Shown: piece by piece, positions 16,630-25,329 of the stretch
Layout: every line of letters starts with the position of its first letter
Numbering within the stretch: the stretch's first letter is position 1
Assembly (NCBI GenBank): GCA_902780385.1
Contig: CACZFF010000015.1
Span: 4,802 to 68,801 of the forward strand
Length of the DNA stretch: 64,000 nt
Reading direction: 5' to 3'
DNA from: an uncultured Lachnospiraceae bacterium
GTDB taxonomy: Bacteria > Bacillota > Clostridia > Lachnospirales > Lachnospiraceae
Program-made: the position numbers and the translations under genes
The notes under the pieces: model-generated
The model's input: the letters and a program-made list of their open reading frames with translations, nothing else
Told to the model about the DNA's origin: nothing
Database searches by the model: none

Positions 16630-19584
16630 ATGGATACTATTCAGGAGACGGATGAAAAGGTTACGCTGCGACAGGATGAAACTGTGAGGCTGACTCTGGA
16701 GGGCGTGAGCGCAGGCAGTGGCAGCAGCCTCTATGCCTTGCCGGCAGGGACGGTTCTGGATGGGAGGTACGAAATCCTGCGGGTGATCGGGCAGGGCGGC
16801 TTCGGCATTACCTATGAGGCAGTCCACATCCATAAGGGGAACCATGTGGCCGTTAAGGAGTATTTCTGCAGGGATCTTTGCGGAAGAGATACCACACAGA
16901 TTGAAAAGACCGGATGTAATGTCTATGTTCTGGACGACACCATGCAGCAACAGTTTCGCTCAGATCTGGATCGTTTTCTGAAGGAAGCGAGGACGCTCCA
17001 TGATTTTGCATCGGATCAATCTATCGTTACGGTTCTGGATTACTTTGAGGCAAATGCGACAGCCTATATCGTGATGGAATATCTGGACGGCATGACGCTG
17101 CGCGAACTGATTCCAAAAGAAGGATGCTGGACAATGGAAAAGATCGTCCGGTGCTTCAGCCCTGTCATGGAGTCCATGGAGCGTGTGCACGATGCAGGCG
17201 TCATTCACCGGGACATCAGCCCTGACAACTTGATGTTCATGCCGGACGGCACGCTAAAGCTTCTGGATTTCGGTGCTGCCAGAAAATTCAGCAATATGCA
17301 GACGACCCACTCCGTGATTTTCAAACCCTATTTTTCCGCTCCGGAGCAGCGCGATGAGAAGGGGGTTCTGGGAAGCTGGACGGACGTCTACGGGATGTGC
17401 AGCACGATGTATTTCTGTCTCATGGGAAAAGAACCTTCGGATGTGCTCTCCAGACTTCTGCATGACGATATGGTACGCCCGTCTTCGAAGGGCGCCGACG
17501 TCCTGCCTCAGGCAGAACGGATCCTGATGAAGGGTCTGGCGCTCGACAGGCATGTGCGTGTGCAGAATATGGGAACACTGCGGACAGAACTGGAGAAGGT
17601 CTATCCCCCCATTACGGAAGATGAAAAAGAACGCAAAAGAGTGCGCAGGAAAAGGATACAGCAAATTGCAACTGCGGCTGCAGCTGCGGTCGTGCTGTGC
17701 GCAGCAGTCATCGGTTTTATTTTCCGCACCAGGATCAGGTTTCATTTTATAGAGACGCGGGAAACCGTCCTGAACGGAGATGACATGACCCCTGAAGAAT
17801 TTGCCCACAACAGTGAGAGGGTCAGGGAGCGCGTGGCTGCTCTGGCAGGAAAAGAAGGATATCTGTGGGAGAAAGAAGGGCAGCGGATCCGCTTTATCGT
17901 ACCGGAAAAAGTGTATGAGGGACAGGATCCCGAAGAGTTTGTCTGGGCAGGGATCAGCCGCCGGATGGTTCCGCGCATGAATATCAGAGATCCGGAGACA
18001 CAGCCAGGGGCGATTACCTTAGGTCAGGACAACCCACTGGAAATACTGCATCAGGAAGAGGATATTAAGGAACTCAAGGAGGTAGAAGGGGGACAACAGC
18101 TGTATTTTTCCGAAGAGGGAAAGAAGCGTTTTGCCTCTATTCTGGATGTTCCGGATCTGTCTGTTGAAATTGTTTGGGATATGTACGATGAAGAGACCGG
18201 AAAGGGATTTGAAAGGTTCTCTTACGATGTAGGGTTTACCCTTGGAGATGGAGAGAGCATCCTGCTCCCGGACAAAGTGGAAAGCGATCACAGGTTTTCT
18301 TTTCCTCTTATGGTTGATCTGTATACGAAAAGTCCGCTGTCAGCCCCATTTAAAGCGCAGTCCGGCTGGACGACAAGATGGGAGGATCCTTCCAGCACAA
18401 TGCTGCCCGGTGAATATCAGTGCAACGTGAAGGAAGTTCCTGCACCATCCGTTTCAGTGCGCTATAGTCAAAACCCCTGGGACGAACCTGAAGAAGAGAC
18501 AGGATATGACGCTTCGATTCTGAGTTTCCAGGCAATCCTGAAAAACAGGCTGGACAGTATGGGCCTGCCATATGCCGTCGGTGTAAATGACTACAACCGG
18601 TTTGAATATGTAGTCCGGCTGCCGCTGGAGAGTATCTTTTTCGAAGAACTGGCTCATTTAGGGGAGAGGCTGAACCTCTATCTGGGAAGTGACCGTAAGA
18701 GGAAGGAGCTTCTTTCTTCAAGTTCGGGGAAATTTGAAATTCGAAAAGGGAAAGAAGAAAACACTTTTGAAATCGTGTTGATGACGGCAGACCGTGAAAA
18801 AAAGTATTTAACGGAGACACTCCAGACAATGCAGGAACAGGGAAAGAAGGATGTGTATCTGTACTTTGATCGCATTGAAGTCGCAGCGGGTGATCTGGAG
18901 GCTGCGCAGAAGACGTTAGCGGAATCCGGAGAGATCAGGTTTACCCGCTGGCTGTTTCCCCGGCACTCCGAAATGACTTCCGACACGGAGCATTTTGCAG
19001 GATTATTATCTGCTTTTGCAAAGCAGGATCCACAGGACAACTTCTATATGGGGGAAATGGAAATATGCGGTGAGGACGGGGAGACTCTGTATTTTGATGA
19101 GCGGCAGCCGGAAAAGGTATATTTCGGAAGAGTAGAGGAACTTGTCAAAAAGTGGGAGGATGAGAATGAGGTCCGGGAGAGAACGGACATGAGCATTTAC
19201 GGAGAAGAGAGATCCCTGGGTATTTCCTATTTCGAATGCCCGGTAGAAGATCCTGCAAAGAGCCTTCTCCCTTTTATAGAATTATATGAAAGAGAAGATC
19301 TGGGTGCAGGCGGAATAGACGTTATATCTGTCTATTTGTATGACACAGAAAGGGGAGGGGAGGATTCAATCCATATCTCATTTAGTCTCCATTCAGATTT
19401 TGAGACAAATAAAATGCGGATCAACAATATTAATTCGTACAGCATAGGTATCAATTCAGACATTCTTACAAAGTGGGCGGATCTGCCGGACATCTATAAC
19501 AGCTATATGGAAAACACGCCTTTTTGGAAAGAAAAGATTGCCGAAGACAGAGAGAAACCTATTTTCACCTTGTATCAATATTGA
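16630..19584 (+). CDS. Hanks-type Ser/Thr kinase, single TM, ~620-aa extracytoplasmic domain of unknown type
   Basis: GQGGFGITY, VAVKE, HRDISPDNLMF, DFGAAR, SAPEQ. TM segment IATAAAAAVVLCAAVIGFIF. No PASTA-like repeats recognised in the C-terminal part. Confidence 0.9.
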   Translation: MDTIQETDEKVTLRQDETVRLTLEGVSAGSGSSLYALPAGTVLDGRYEILRVIGQGGFGITYEAVHIHKGNHVAVKEYFCRDLCGRDTTQIEKTGCNVYVLDDTMQQQFRSDLDRFLKEARTLHDFASDQSIVTVLDYFEANATAYIVMEYLDGMTLRELIPKEGCWTMEKIVRCFSPVMESMERVHDAGVIHRDISPDNLMFMPDGTLKLLDFGAARKFSNMQTTHSVIFKPYFSAPEQRDEKGVLGSWTDVYGMCSTMYFCLMGKEPSDVLSRLLHDDMVRPSSKGADVLPQAERILMKGLALDRHVRVQNMGTLRTELEKVYPPITEDEKERKRVRRKRIQQIATAAAAAVVLCAAVIGFIFRTRIRFHFIETRETVLNGDDMTPEEFAHNSERVRERVAALAGKEGYLWEKEGQRIRFIVPEKVYEGQDPEEFVWAGISRRMVPRMNIRDPETQPGAITLGQDNPLEILHQEEDIKELKEVEGGQQLYFSEEGKKRFASILDVPDLSVEIVWDMYDEETGKGFERFSYDVGFTLGDGESILLPDKVESDHRFSFPLMVDLYTKSPLSAPFKAQSGWTTRWEDPSSTMLPGEYQCNVKEVPAPSVSVRYSQNPWDEPEEETGYDASILSFQAILKNRLDSMGLPYAVGVNDYNRFEYVVRLPLESIFFEELAHLGERLNLYLGSDRKRKELLSSSSGKFEIRKGKEENTFEIVLMTADREKKYLTETLQTMQEQGKKDVYLYFDRIEVAAGDLEAAQKTLAESGEIRFTRWLFPRHSEMTSDTEHFAGLLSAFAKQDPQDNFYMGEMEICGEDGETLYFDERQPEKVYFGRVEELVKKWEDENEVRERTDMSIYGEERSLGISYFECPVEDPAKSLLPFIELYEREDLGAGGIDVISVYLYDTERGGEDSIHISFSLHSDFETNKMRINNINSYSIGINSDILTKWADLPDIYNSYMENTPFWKEKIAEDREKPIFTLYQY

Positions 19585-19602
19585 TTCACGAGTATTGAAA
19601 AA

Positions 19603-19660
19603 AACAAGGCAAAAGAGAAGCGGGGGACAGCTCTCTCCATTTGCCTTGTTTTCTTCTTTT
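19603..19660 (+). terminator. intrinsic terminator after the kinase gene
   Basis: AACAAGGCAAA ... TTTGCCTTGTT followed by TTCTTCTTTT. Confidence 0.6.
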
Positions 19661-19732
19661 CTGCCTCGTTTTCTTCTTCAGGACTACCTGTCCTCTCTTT
19701 GTATCCGGGGAAGAGCCGCCGGGGAAATCTTC

Positions 19733-20611
19733 TCAGATCCCGAGCTCAAATTTCAGCTGGGGTTTCAGGGGCGCATAGCCGCGCATCTCGAAGTCATCGA
19801 TGGTGATTTCCTCGAAGACGCAGCCTTTTTCCTTGTGCAGAAGAAGGACGGGCTGCCTGTTGTCGGCCGAATCGTCTTTAGGAGGATCATTTTCCTGTGC
19901 TTCGAGATCTTTGGCACGCCGCAGCATCTCATGAGCGTTATCGATGTGACGGTCATAAATCTGCTCGTTGGCGACAAAGTGGGTGAAAACACCGGGTTCC
20001 AGGCTGGTCACACAGGCGATCATCATCATAAGTGCCGCATACTGGATCTCATTGATCCCGCCGGCACCCGAGGCTGTCAGCATATCACCGCTGCGCTGGA
20101 TCATGCTCATATCCAGATATTTGCCGCGCACATTCCACATGGTTAGGAAAGCACAGGGAGCAAGACCGGGTGTTTCGTGAAGGTCTGCCTCCTGCCAGAG
20201 AGAGACAACCTTGCGCCTGCCGTAGGGGTCTTTTTTGATATCCTCAATCAGATTGTGGATCAGGTCATAGCGCTTGACCGTCGCCCCGTAGCGCTGTCCG
20301 ATCGTCCCGTCGCCGATATCCCACGGATCCCACCAGGTCACACCGTATTCCTTCATTTCCGACAGCACATTGGTGGGGTGTTGATAAATAGTAAAAATCT
20401 CCCGGATACCTGTCTTCCAGGCCTGGTGCCGCAGCGTGCAGATTGGAAACTCTCCTTTTGACAGGTCATATTTCCGCATCACATGATTCACGCTGATCGT
20501 GTGGGCAGGAGTTCCGTCCTCATATCGGGGCCTCGGATTCTCATCTAAATAGCCGTTGTCCAGAATGTTCTTTATATCATTTACAAGATACTTGTCTGCT
20601 TTTGTCATCAT
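19733..20611 (-). CDS. thyA: thymidylate synthase
   Basis: 292 aa. FPICTLRHQAWKTGIREI, WDIGDGTIGQRYG, APCAFLTMWNV (catalytic Cys), DMSMIQRSGDM. Confidence 0.9.
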   Translation of the reverse strand: MMTKADKYLVNDIKNILDNGYLDENPRPRYEDGTPAHTISVNHVMRKYDLSKGEFPICTLRHQAWKTGIREIFTIYQHPTNVLSEMKEYGVTWWDPWDIGDGTIGQRYGATVKRYDLIHNLIEDIKKDPYGRRKVVSLWQEADLHETPGLAPCAFLTMWNVRGKYLDMSMIQRSGDMLTASGAGGINEIQYAALMMMIACVTSLEPGVFTHFVANEQIYDRHIDNAHEMLRRAKDLEAQENDPPKDDSADNRQPVLLLHKEKGCVFEEITIDDFEMRGYAPLKPQLKFELGI

Positions 20612-20667
20612 AAATGTAATTGCCTCCCGTTGTCGGAAACAGTTCCTGTCTGAAAGATACTACTGAT

Positions 20668-20961
20668 TTATATTTTTTTGAATTGAATACAATATCCAAT
20701 CCCTGTCAGATATTTAATTAATGAATTGATTGTTGTCCCAGCCCCTTTTTCAATACGACTGACTGCCTGTTGGGATAGTCCTGCAGCATTAGCAACATCG
20801 GTCTGGGTCATGTTCTCAGCTTTTCGTATTTGAATAAGTTGTTCCTGTAACGCAATCCGTTTTTGAAACGCTTCGTATGCTTTTCTTGCTTCTTCGTTAT
20901 CATTCACCAGTTCATTTAATTCTTCCAGTTCTTTATTCAAATCTGCCTTTATTAATGCCAT
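20668..20961 (-). CDS. XRE-family HTH antitoxin (HigA-like)
   Basis: MTQTDVANAAGLSQQAVSRIEKG is an HTH. 97 aa. Starts 14 nt after the toxin stop. Confidence 0.8.
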   Translation of the reverse strand: MALIKADLNKELEELNELVNDNEEARKAYEAFQKRIALQEQLIQIRKAENMTQTDVANAAGLSQQAVSRIEKGAGTTINSLIKYLTGIGYCIQFKKI

Positions 20962-20974
20962 GTCATGCCTCCCG

Positions 20975-21301
20975 TCATAAAAGTCCTTCGGCTTTTGCGC
21001 GTTTTTTGGCTTTTTCCAGTTCCTGCTTCTCTGCCTTTCCTTTTTGTTTTTTACATATATTCAGGAAAAAAACTGACTCCTGATTCTGGATTACATACAT
21101 TACTCTTTCTTGAGAAATCTTTATTTCCCACAATTTTTTATATAGCTGGCGGGTCACAAGCAGTGAAAATGCATCCACACCTTTTTCCCGAATTAACTGA
21201 CGAACAGCAAGAATCTCTGCCTTAGATGGAGCAGAAAGAGCTTCGACATATTCCATAATCAGGTTTTTGCCACCTGAAGTGGTATAGTCATATATATTCA
21301 T
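20975..21301 (-). CDS. type II toxin, RelE/ParE superfamily (Gp49/HigB-like)
   Basis: About 108 aa with KKLWEIKISQERVMYV. The toxin lies upstream of the XRE antitoxin. GGAGGTG RBS before ATG 21301. Confidence 0.7.
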   Translation of the reverse strand: MNIYDYTTSGGKNLIMEYVEALSAPSKAEILAVRQLIREKGVDAFSLLVTRQLYKKLWEIKISQERVMYVIQNQESVFFLNICKKQKGKAEKQELEKAKKRAKAEGLL

Positions 21302-21391
21302 CACACCTCCATGATACATCGATTTTGATGTATTATCAACTTCAATTCATTCTATGATGTAAAGGTCTAAAGGTATCCAATGGCTCTGAGT

Positions 21392-21546
21392 CTCGTCAAG
21401 TTGCACAAACAGCCGAAGGTTCTTGTGCAGCTCCGAAGGAGATGCTGCGTGCCAGGTACTTGGCCGCTGTTTTTTAACGGCCTTAGTACCGCTGACAGCG
21501 AGGGTAGAGCGAAAGCGTGCCCAAGGCGCTTGTGCAACTTGACGAG
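21392..21546 (+). ncRNA. candidate structured RNA (unknown class) closed by a 17-bp helix
   Basis: CTCGTCAAGTTGCACAA (21392-21408) pairs perfectly with TTGTGCAACTTGACGAG (21530-21546). Inside are CTCC-GAA-GGAG, nested GGTAC/GTACC around GGCCG/CGGCC, CGCT-GAC-AGCG and GC-GAAA-GC. G-U pairs are only compatible with the + strand. Confidence 0.45.
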
Positions 21547-21846
21547 CGGTGTTCCCTTAACCATCTTTTGACCTCGACATCGTTCTATTACATTTCTTTA
21601 TATAACTATTATGAAATAATTCGATTATACGGTTATATGCGTATATAATAACCTCTTGATGACAAAAGTCAAGAAACGTATTCGATAATGTTCCAGGTCA
21701 ATTCACAGATTTTTCACTTAAGACTTGCTTCTTCTAAGGTTCATTTGAAGTAGGCCGGATAGACTGTAACTGCGGACAGGAACTCCAGTACAGTAGGAAG
21801 AAAGGCTTCAGAAATAAAGGCAAGTTAGAAAAGAGGTGAGACAGTC

Positions 21847-23010
21847 ATGAAAAAGCATACCTGGACGATCGTGTTTACCTGCTTTCTGTTGGCATTTACA
21901 GTTTTTCTGGGCATGGACACGTTCGTCCTTTCCAGTGTCTATCAGACAGATGTCACCGGGATGAATACGGAAATGTTCCCCCAGGCAGAGGTCAGCGTCA
22001 ACAGGGCCGGAGAAGACTCGGAGGAGAAGGATCAGACGGCTGGGGAAGAACAGAAGAATCAGACGGCTGGGGAAGAACAGAAGAATCAGACGGCTGCAGA
22101 AGACGGAGACGGCGAAGAAGATGACGATTCCGAAGGAAGCAGTTCCGATTCCGTTTCCGGCGCAAGCCCCCAAAGGAAAAATCCCGGCAGTTCATCGAAG
22201 CACAGGCCGGGCAGTTCTTCGAAGAGCAGAAGCTCATTTGACGAGGAAGAAGCTGCAGAAGAGGCGGCGGAGGTGACGACGGACAATGCGGGAAACTCTG
22301 AAACCTACGAGGATGAGAACGTAAAAATCACCTATACGCAGTACACGACAAACGGGACGACGATTCACGTCGCGGATGTCCGGCTGAGTTCCGCAGAGTA
22401 TCTGAAGACAGCTTTTGCCAACGACACCTATGGCAAAAACGTGACAGAAGCAACCTCGTCGATTGCGGAGGCACACGACGCAATCCTGGCCATCAACGGG
22501 GACTATTACGGTGTTCAGGAAAAGGGGTATGTCATCCGGAACGGGATTGTTTACAGGGACAAAGCCGGAGACAGCCAAGTATTGTGCATCTATGCTGACG
22601 GAAGTATGAAAATCATTGATCCCTCCACTGTGACAGCGCAGGAGCTGGTGGACCAGGGTGTCTGGCAGGCCTTTTCCTTCGGACCGGGACTTGTTGAGGA
22701 CGGAGAGATTTCTGTTTCCCTTGATTCAGAGGTCGGCAGGGCAAAGGCCAGTAATCCCCGCACTGCAATCGGTGTCATCGATGACCTGCACTATGTCTTT
22801 GTGGTTTCTGACGGACGGAGCAGTGACAGCGAGGGCCTTTCTCTATATGAACTGGCAAGCTTCATGGATCAGCTCGGCGTGCAGACAGCCTATAACCTGG
22901 ATGGAGGCGGCTCCTCGACAATGGTTTTCCGGAATCAGATCATCAATAACCCGACCGGCGGCTTCGGTGATCGCGAAAGAGAGGTGAGTGATATTGTATA
23001 CATTGGATAA
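21847..23010 (+). CDS. phosphodiester glycosidase (DUF2233/NAGPA-like) family protein, membrane anchored
   Basis: N-terminal TM segment. TAGEEQKNQ x3 repeat and an acidic/Ser-rich linker. AINGDYYG, PRTAIG, DGR, YNLDGGGSSTM. Confidence 0.8.
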   Translation: MKKHTWTIVFTCFLLAFTVFLGMDTFVLSSVYQTDVTGMNTEMFPQAEVSVNRAGEDSEEKDQTAGEEQKNQTAGEEQKNQTAAEDGDGEEDDDSEGSSSDSVSGASPQRKNPGSSSKHRPGSSSKSRSSFDEEEAAEEAAEVTTDNAGNSETYEDENVKITYTQYTTNGTTIHVADVRLSSAEYLKTAFANDTYGKNVTEATSSIAEAHDAILAINGDYYGVQEKGYVIRNGIVYRDKAGDSQVLCIYADGSMKIIDPSTVTAQELVDQGVWQAFSFGPGLVEDGEISVSLDSEVGRAKASNPRTAIGVIDDLHYVFVVSDGRSSDSEGLSLYELASFMDQLGVQTAYNLDGGGSSTMVFRNQIINNPTGGFGDREREVSDIVYIG

Positions 23011-23554
23011 AAATGAGATAATACACTATGCTGATGAAATGCTGCATGATGCTTTTCTTTTTCTTGCGGCCGGGATTGCCTGCGCGGCGTTCGGTCTGAT
23101 CTACGAGATTTTCAGCCATGAGGTCTATTCATTTTACATGATCTACGCTTTTCTGATCCTTCTCGTACCGGGAACGCTTCTGAACCTGGTGATCGTATGG
23201 CGTGCGGTCAGGAAGGAAAGGTATCTGCGCATTAAAGAGGCAGCAGCACGGGAAGCAGCACGGGAAAGTGCTGAATTGCATTACGCAATAAGCAATGGGA
23301 CAGAAACACAGGTCAGCACAGGAGTCTTTTTCCCGGGACGTTTTACCAGGCATGCATGGAATTCAGGGCTTGCAGCCCTGACGGTTGGCTCAATTTTCAA
23401 GGGCGTACTGGATATTTACGGGACCACAAATAAACTGATTGCAGTCTATCCGGCTGCGGCGGCTGTGCTGATCAGCGCAGCAGTTATTTCCTGTTCAATG
23501 TCCTATGCTGCAATCAGGAAAATGCGCAGAGAGACGGAGACATCGTCAATATAA
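22988..23554 (+). CDS. hypothetical membrane protein
   Basis: 4-5 hydrophobic segments. GTG start after GAGGTGA overlaps the upstream stop. No recognisable family. Confidence 0.5.
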   Translation: MILYTLDKNEIIHYADEMLHDAFLFLAAGIACAAFGLIYEIFSHEVYSFYMIYAFLILLVPGTLLNLVIVWRAVRKERYLRIKEAAAREAARESAELHYAISNGTETQVSTGVFFPGRFTRHAWNSGLAALTVGSIFKGVLDIYGTTNKLIAVYPAAAAVLISAAVISCSMSYAAIRKMRRETETSSI

Positions 23555-23635
23555 CATCGTCAATGTTATTGTACCTCTGAAAACGTGCATGCTAAAACAA
23601 CGTATCAGTGCATTAGATCATTAGCAGGAGAAATC

Positions 23636-23678
23636 GTTACATGTACACGCCCTCGATAGGGCGTGTACTGTAACGCGA
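23636..23678. repeat. palindromic element CGTTACA(T)GTACACGCCC-loop-GGGCGTGTACTGTAACG
   Basis: Near-perfect 17-bp arms. A second copy lies at 30448-30488. Confidence 0.8.
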
Positions 23679-23695
23679 AATCCAGGGAGAAGCCG

Positions 23696-24259
23696 ATGGC
23701 AGAAATGATTGAGCAGACAGATTTTCAGATTTTAGACTGGATACAGGCAAACCTGCGGAACCCGTGGCTGGATTGGATCATGCCGAAAATTTCTTTTCTG
23801 TGTAATGGGGGCTGGTTCTGGATTGCCCTTGCGGTCCTGTGTCTGATCTGGAAAAAGCACCGGCGGTGCGGGATGAATATAGCAATGGGACTCATCCTCT
23901 GCGGACTGTTCGGAAATATTCTTCTGAAACATTTGGCTGCACGATCGCGACCATGTTGGATTAATACTAATATAGATATGCTGATCGCGATACCGAGAGA
24001 CTATTCATTTCCCTCAGGACACTCGATGGCAAGCTTTGCTTCAGCAGTTGTCCTGCTGCAATATGACAAGCGCATCGGCATACCCGCAATCATCCTCGCG
24101 TCACTGATCGCTTTCTCACGCCTCTACCTGTACGTGCACTTTCCATCGGACGTGATCGTCGGCACCCTGCTGGGAATCCTGTTCGGAATCCTCGCACCCC
24201 GGATTACAGAATATATATACAATGCATACAGTGATTACAGGAAACGGCACACCGGCTGA
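23696..24259 (+). CDS. PAP2-family phosphatase (undecaprenyl-diphosphatase-like)
   Basis: PAP2 motifs KHLAARSRP, FPSGHS, SRLYLYVHFPSDV. Multi-TM protein. Confidence 0.85.
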   Translation: MAEMIEQTDFQILDWIQANLRNPWLDWIMPKISFLCNGGWFWIALAVLCLIWKKHRRCGMNIAMGLILCGLFGNILLKHLAARSRPCWINTNIDMLIAIPRDYSFPSGHSMASFASAVVLLQYDKRIGIPAIILASLIAFSRLYLYVHFPSDVIVGTLLGILFGILAPRITEYIYNAYSDYRKRHTG

Positions 24260-24398
24260 GGAAAATTGAGTCAAGATCAGTCACGATGAGTCACGGGAAT
24301 GGGTTCTGGTTCAGCCGGGCCACTGGAGACTAACAAGCATTCAGAGAGATAACGCTGAAAGAATATAGGCCGGAAGATTACAGGCTGGAAGATTCTGC

Positions 24399-24438
24399 GC
24401 TGACATGAAAGGCACGCCTTTCATGTCAGCATTTTTTT
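24399..24438 (+). terminator. intrinsic terminator
   Basis: GCTGACATGAAAGG-CACG-CCTTTCATGTCAGC followed by ATTTTTTT. Confidence 0.85.
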
Positions 24439-24450
24439 GCGCTTTTCCTC

Positions 24451-24510
24451 TTGACAGGGAAGTTATACAGGAGTATTCTTTAAACAAACATATGAATAAA
24501 TGCTCATATG
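24451..24510 (+). promoter_or_regulatory. promoter (TTGACA-17-TATTCT) plus ArsR/SmtB-type operator palindrome
   Basis: TTGACA at 24451-24456 and TATTCT at 24474-24479. Inverted repeat CATATGA-N8-TCATATG at 24489-24510, just upstream of the ArsR-family gene. Confidence 0.55.
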
Positions 24511-24558
24511 ATAAAACAAAAAAGAAAAGCACGGAATTGTCGTTATAGAGGGCTCAGA

Positions 24559-24936
24559 ATGGAAAAAGAAAGCAGAAAAATAATGCACGGCGTCGAATGC
24601 TGTGATATAGAAGAAGTTCATGCGGACAAGGTGCAGATGGTGAGTGAACAGATGCCTCCGGAGGACAGGCTGTATGACCTGGCGGAGCTGTTCAAGGCCT
24701 TCGGCGATACGACACGCATCCGGATCTTGTTTGCCCTGTTTGAGGCGGAGATCTGTGTCTGCGATCTTGCGGCATCTCTGGGCATGACTCAATCCGCGAT
24801 TTCGCACCAGCTGCGGCTTCTGAAGCAGGCGCGGCTTGTGAGCGGGCGCCGGGAGGGTAAGCAGATTGTCTACTTCCTTGCCGATGATCATGTGCGCACG
24901 ATCATTCAGCAGGGCATGGACCACATTATGGAATAA
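24559..24936 (+). CDS. ArsR/SmtB-family metalloregulator (CadC-like)
   Basis: ELFKAFGDTTRIRILFALFEAEICVCDLA...QSAISHQLRLLK. N-terminal Cys pair (VECCD). The exact start is uncertain. Confidence 0.85.
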   Translation: MEKESRKIMHGVECCDIEEVHADKVQMVSEQMPPEDRLYDLAELFKAFGDTTRIRILFALFEAEICVCDLAASLGMTQSAISHQLRLLKQARLVSGRREGKQIVYFLADDHVRTIIQQGMDHIME

Positions 24937-25074
24937 GAAATCATGAGAAGTCATTAGAAGCCATGAGAAATCATGAGCAAGCATTAGTAATGGGAATGGA
25001 AATCACGATAAACAATAAGCAGTAATAAGCACCATCTACCAGTCTCAATCAAAAATCTCAGGAGGGGAATCATC

Positions 25075-25293
25075 ATGAAGAAGACTTACAAAATTGACGT
25101 TGACTGCGCAAATTGTGCCAACAAGATGGAAGAAGCGACAAAGAAGACACCCGGCGTCAAGGATGCGGTCGTCAACTTCATGGCACTCAAGATGAAAGTG
25201 GAGTTTGAAGAGGGCGCGGATGTCGACAGTGTCATGCAGAAAGTCATTGAAAACTGCAAGATCGTAGAGGACGACTGCCAGATTTTCCTGTAA
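25075..25293 (+). CDS. heavy-metal-associated (HMA) domain protein
   Basis: 72 aa with the DCANCANKME metal-binding motif. Confidence 0.8.
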   Translation: MKKTYKIDVDCANCANKMEEATKKTPGVKDAVVNFMALKMKVEFEEGADVDSVMQKVIENCKIVEDDCQIFL

Positions 25294-25329
25294 AGGCATA
25301 AATCCCGCTGTCGCTCAGGAGGCGGCATT

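Noticed and set aside
21392-21546. Retron msr/msd, hammerhead ribozyme or 6S RNA as an interpretation of the closed hairpin element.
   Set aside because: There is no reverse transcriptase gene downstream. CTGACAG does not satisfy the CUGANGA hammerhead core. The multi-branch interior is unlike the single interrupted helix of 6S RNA.
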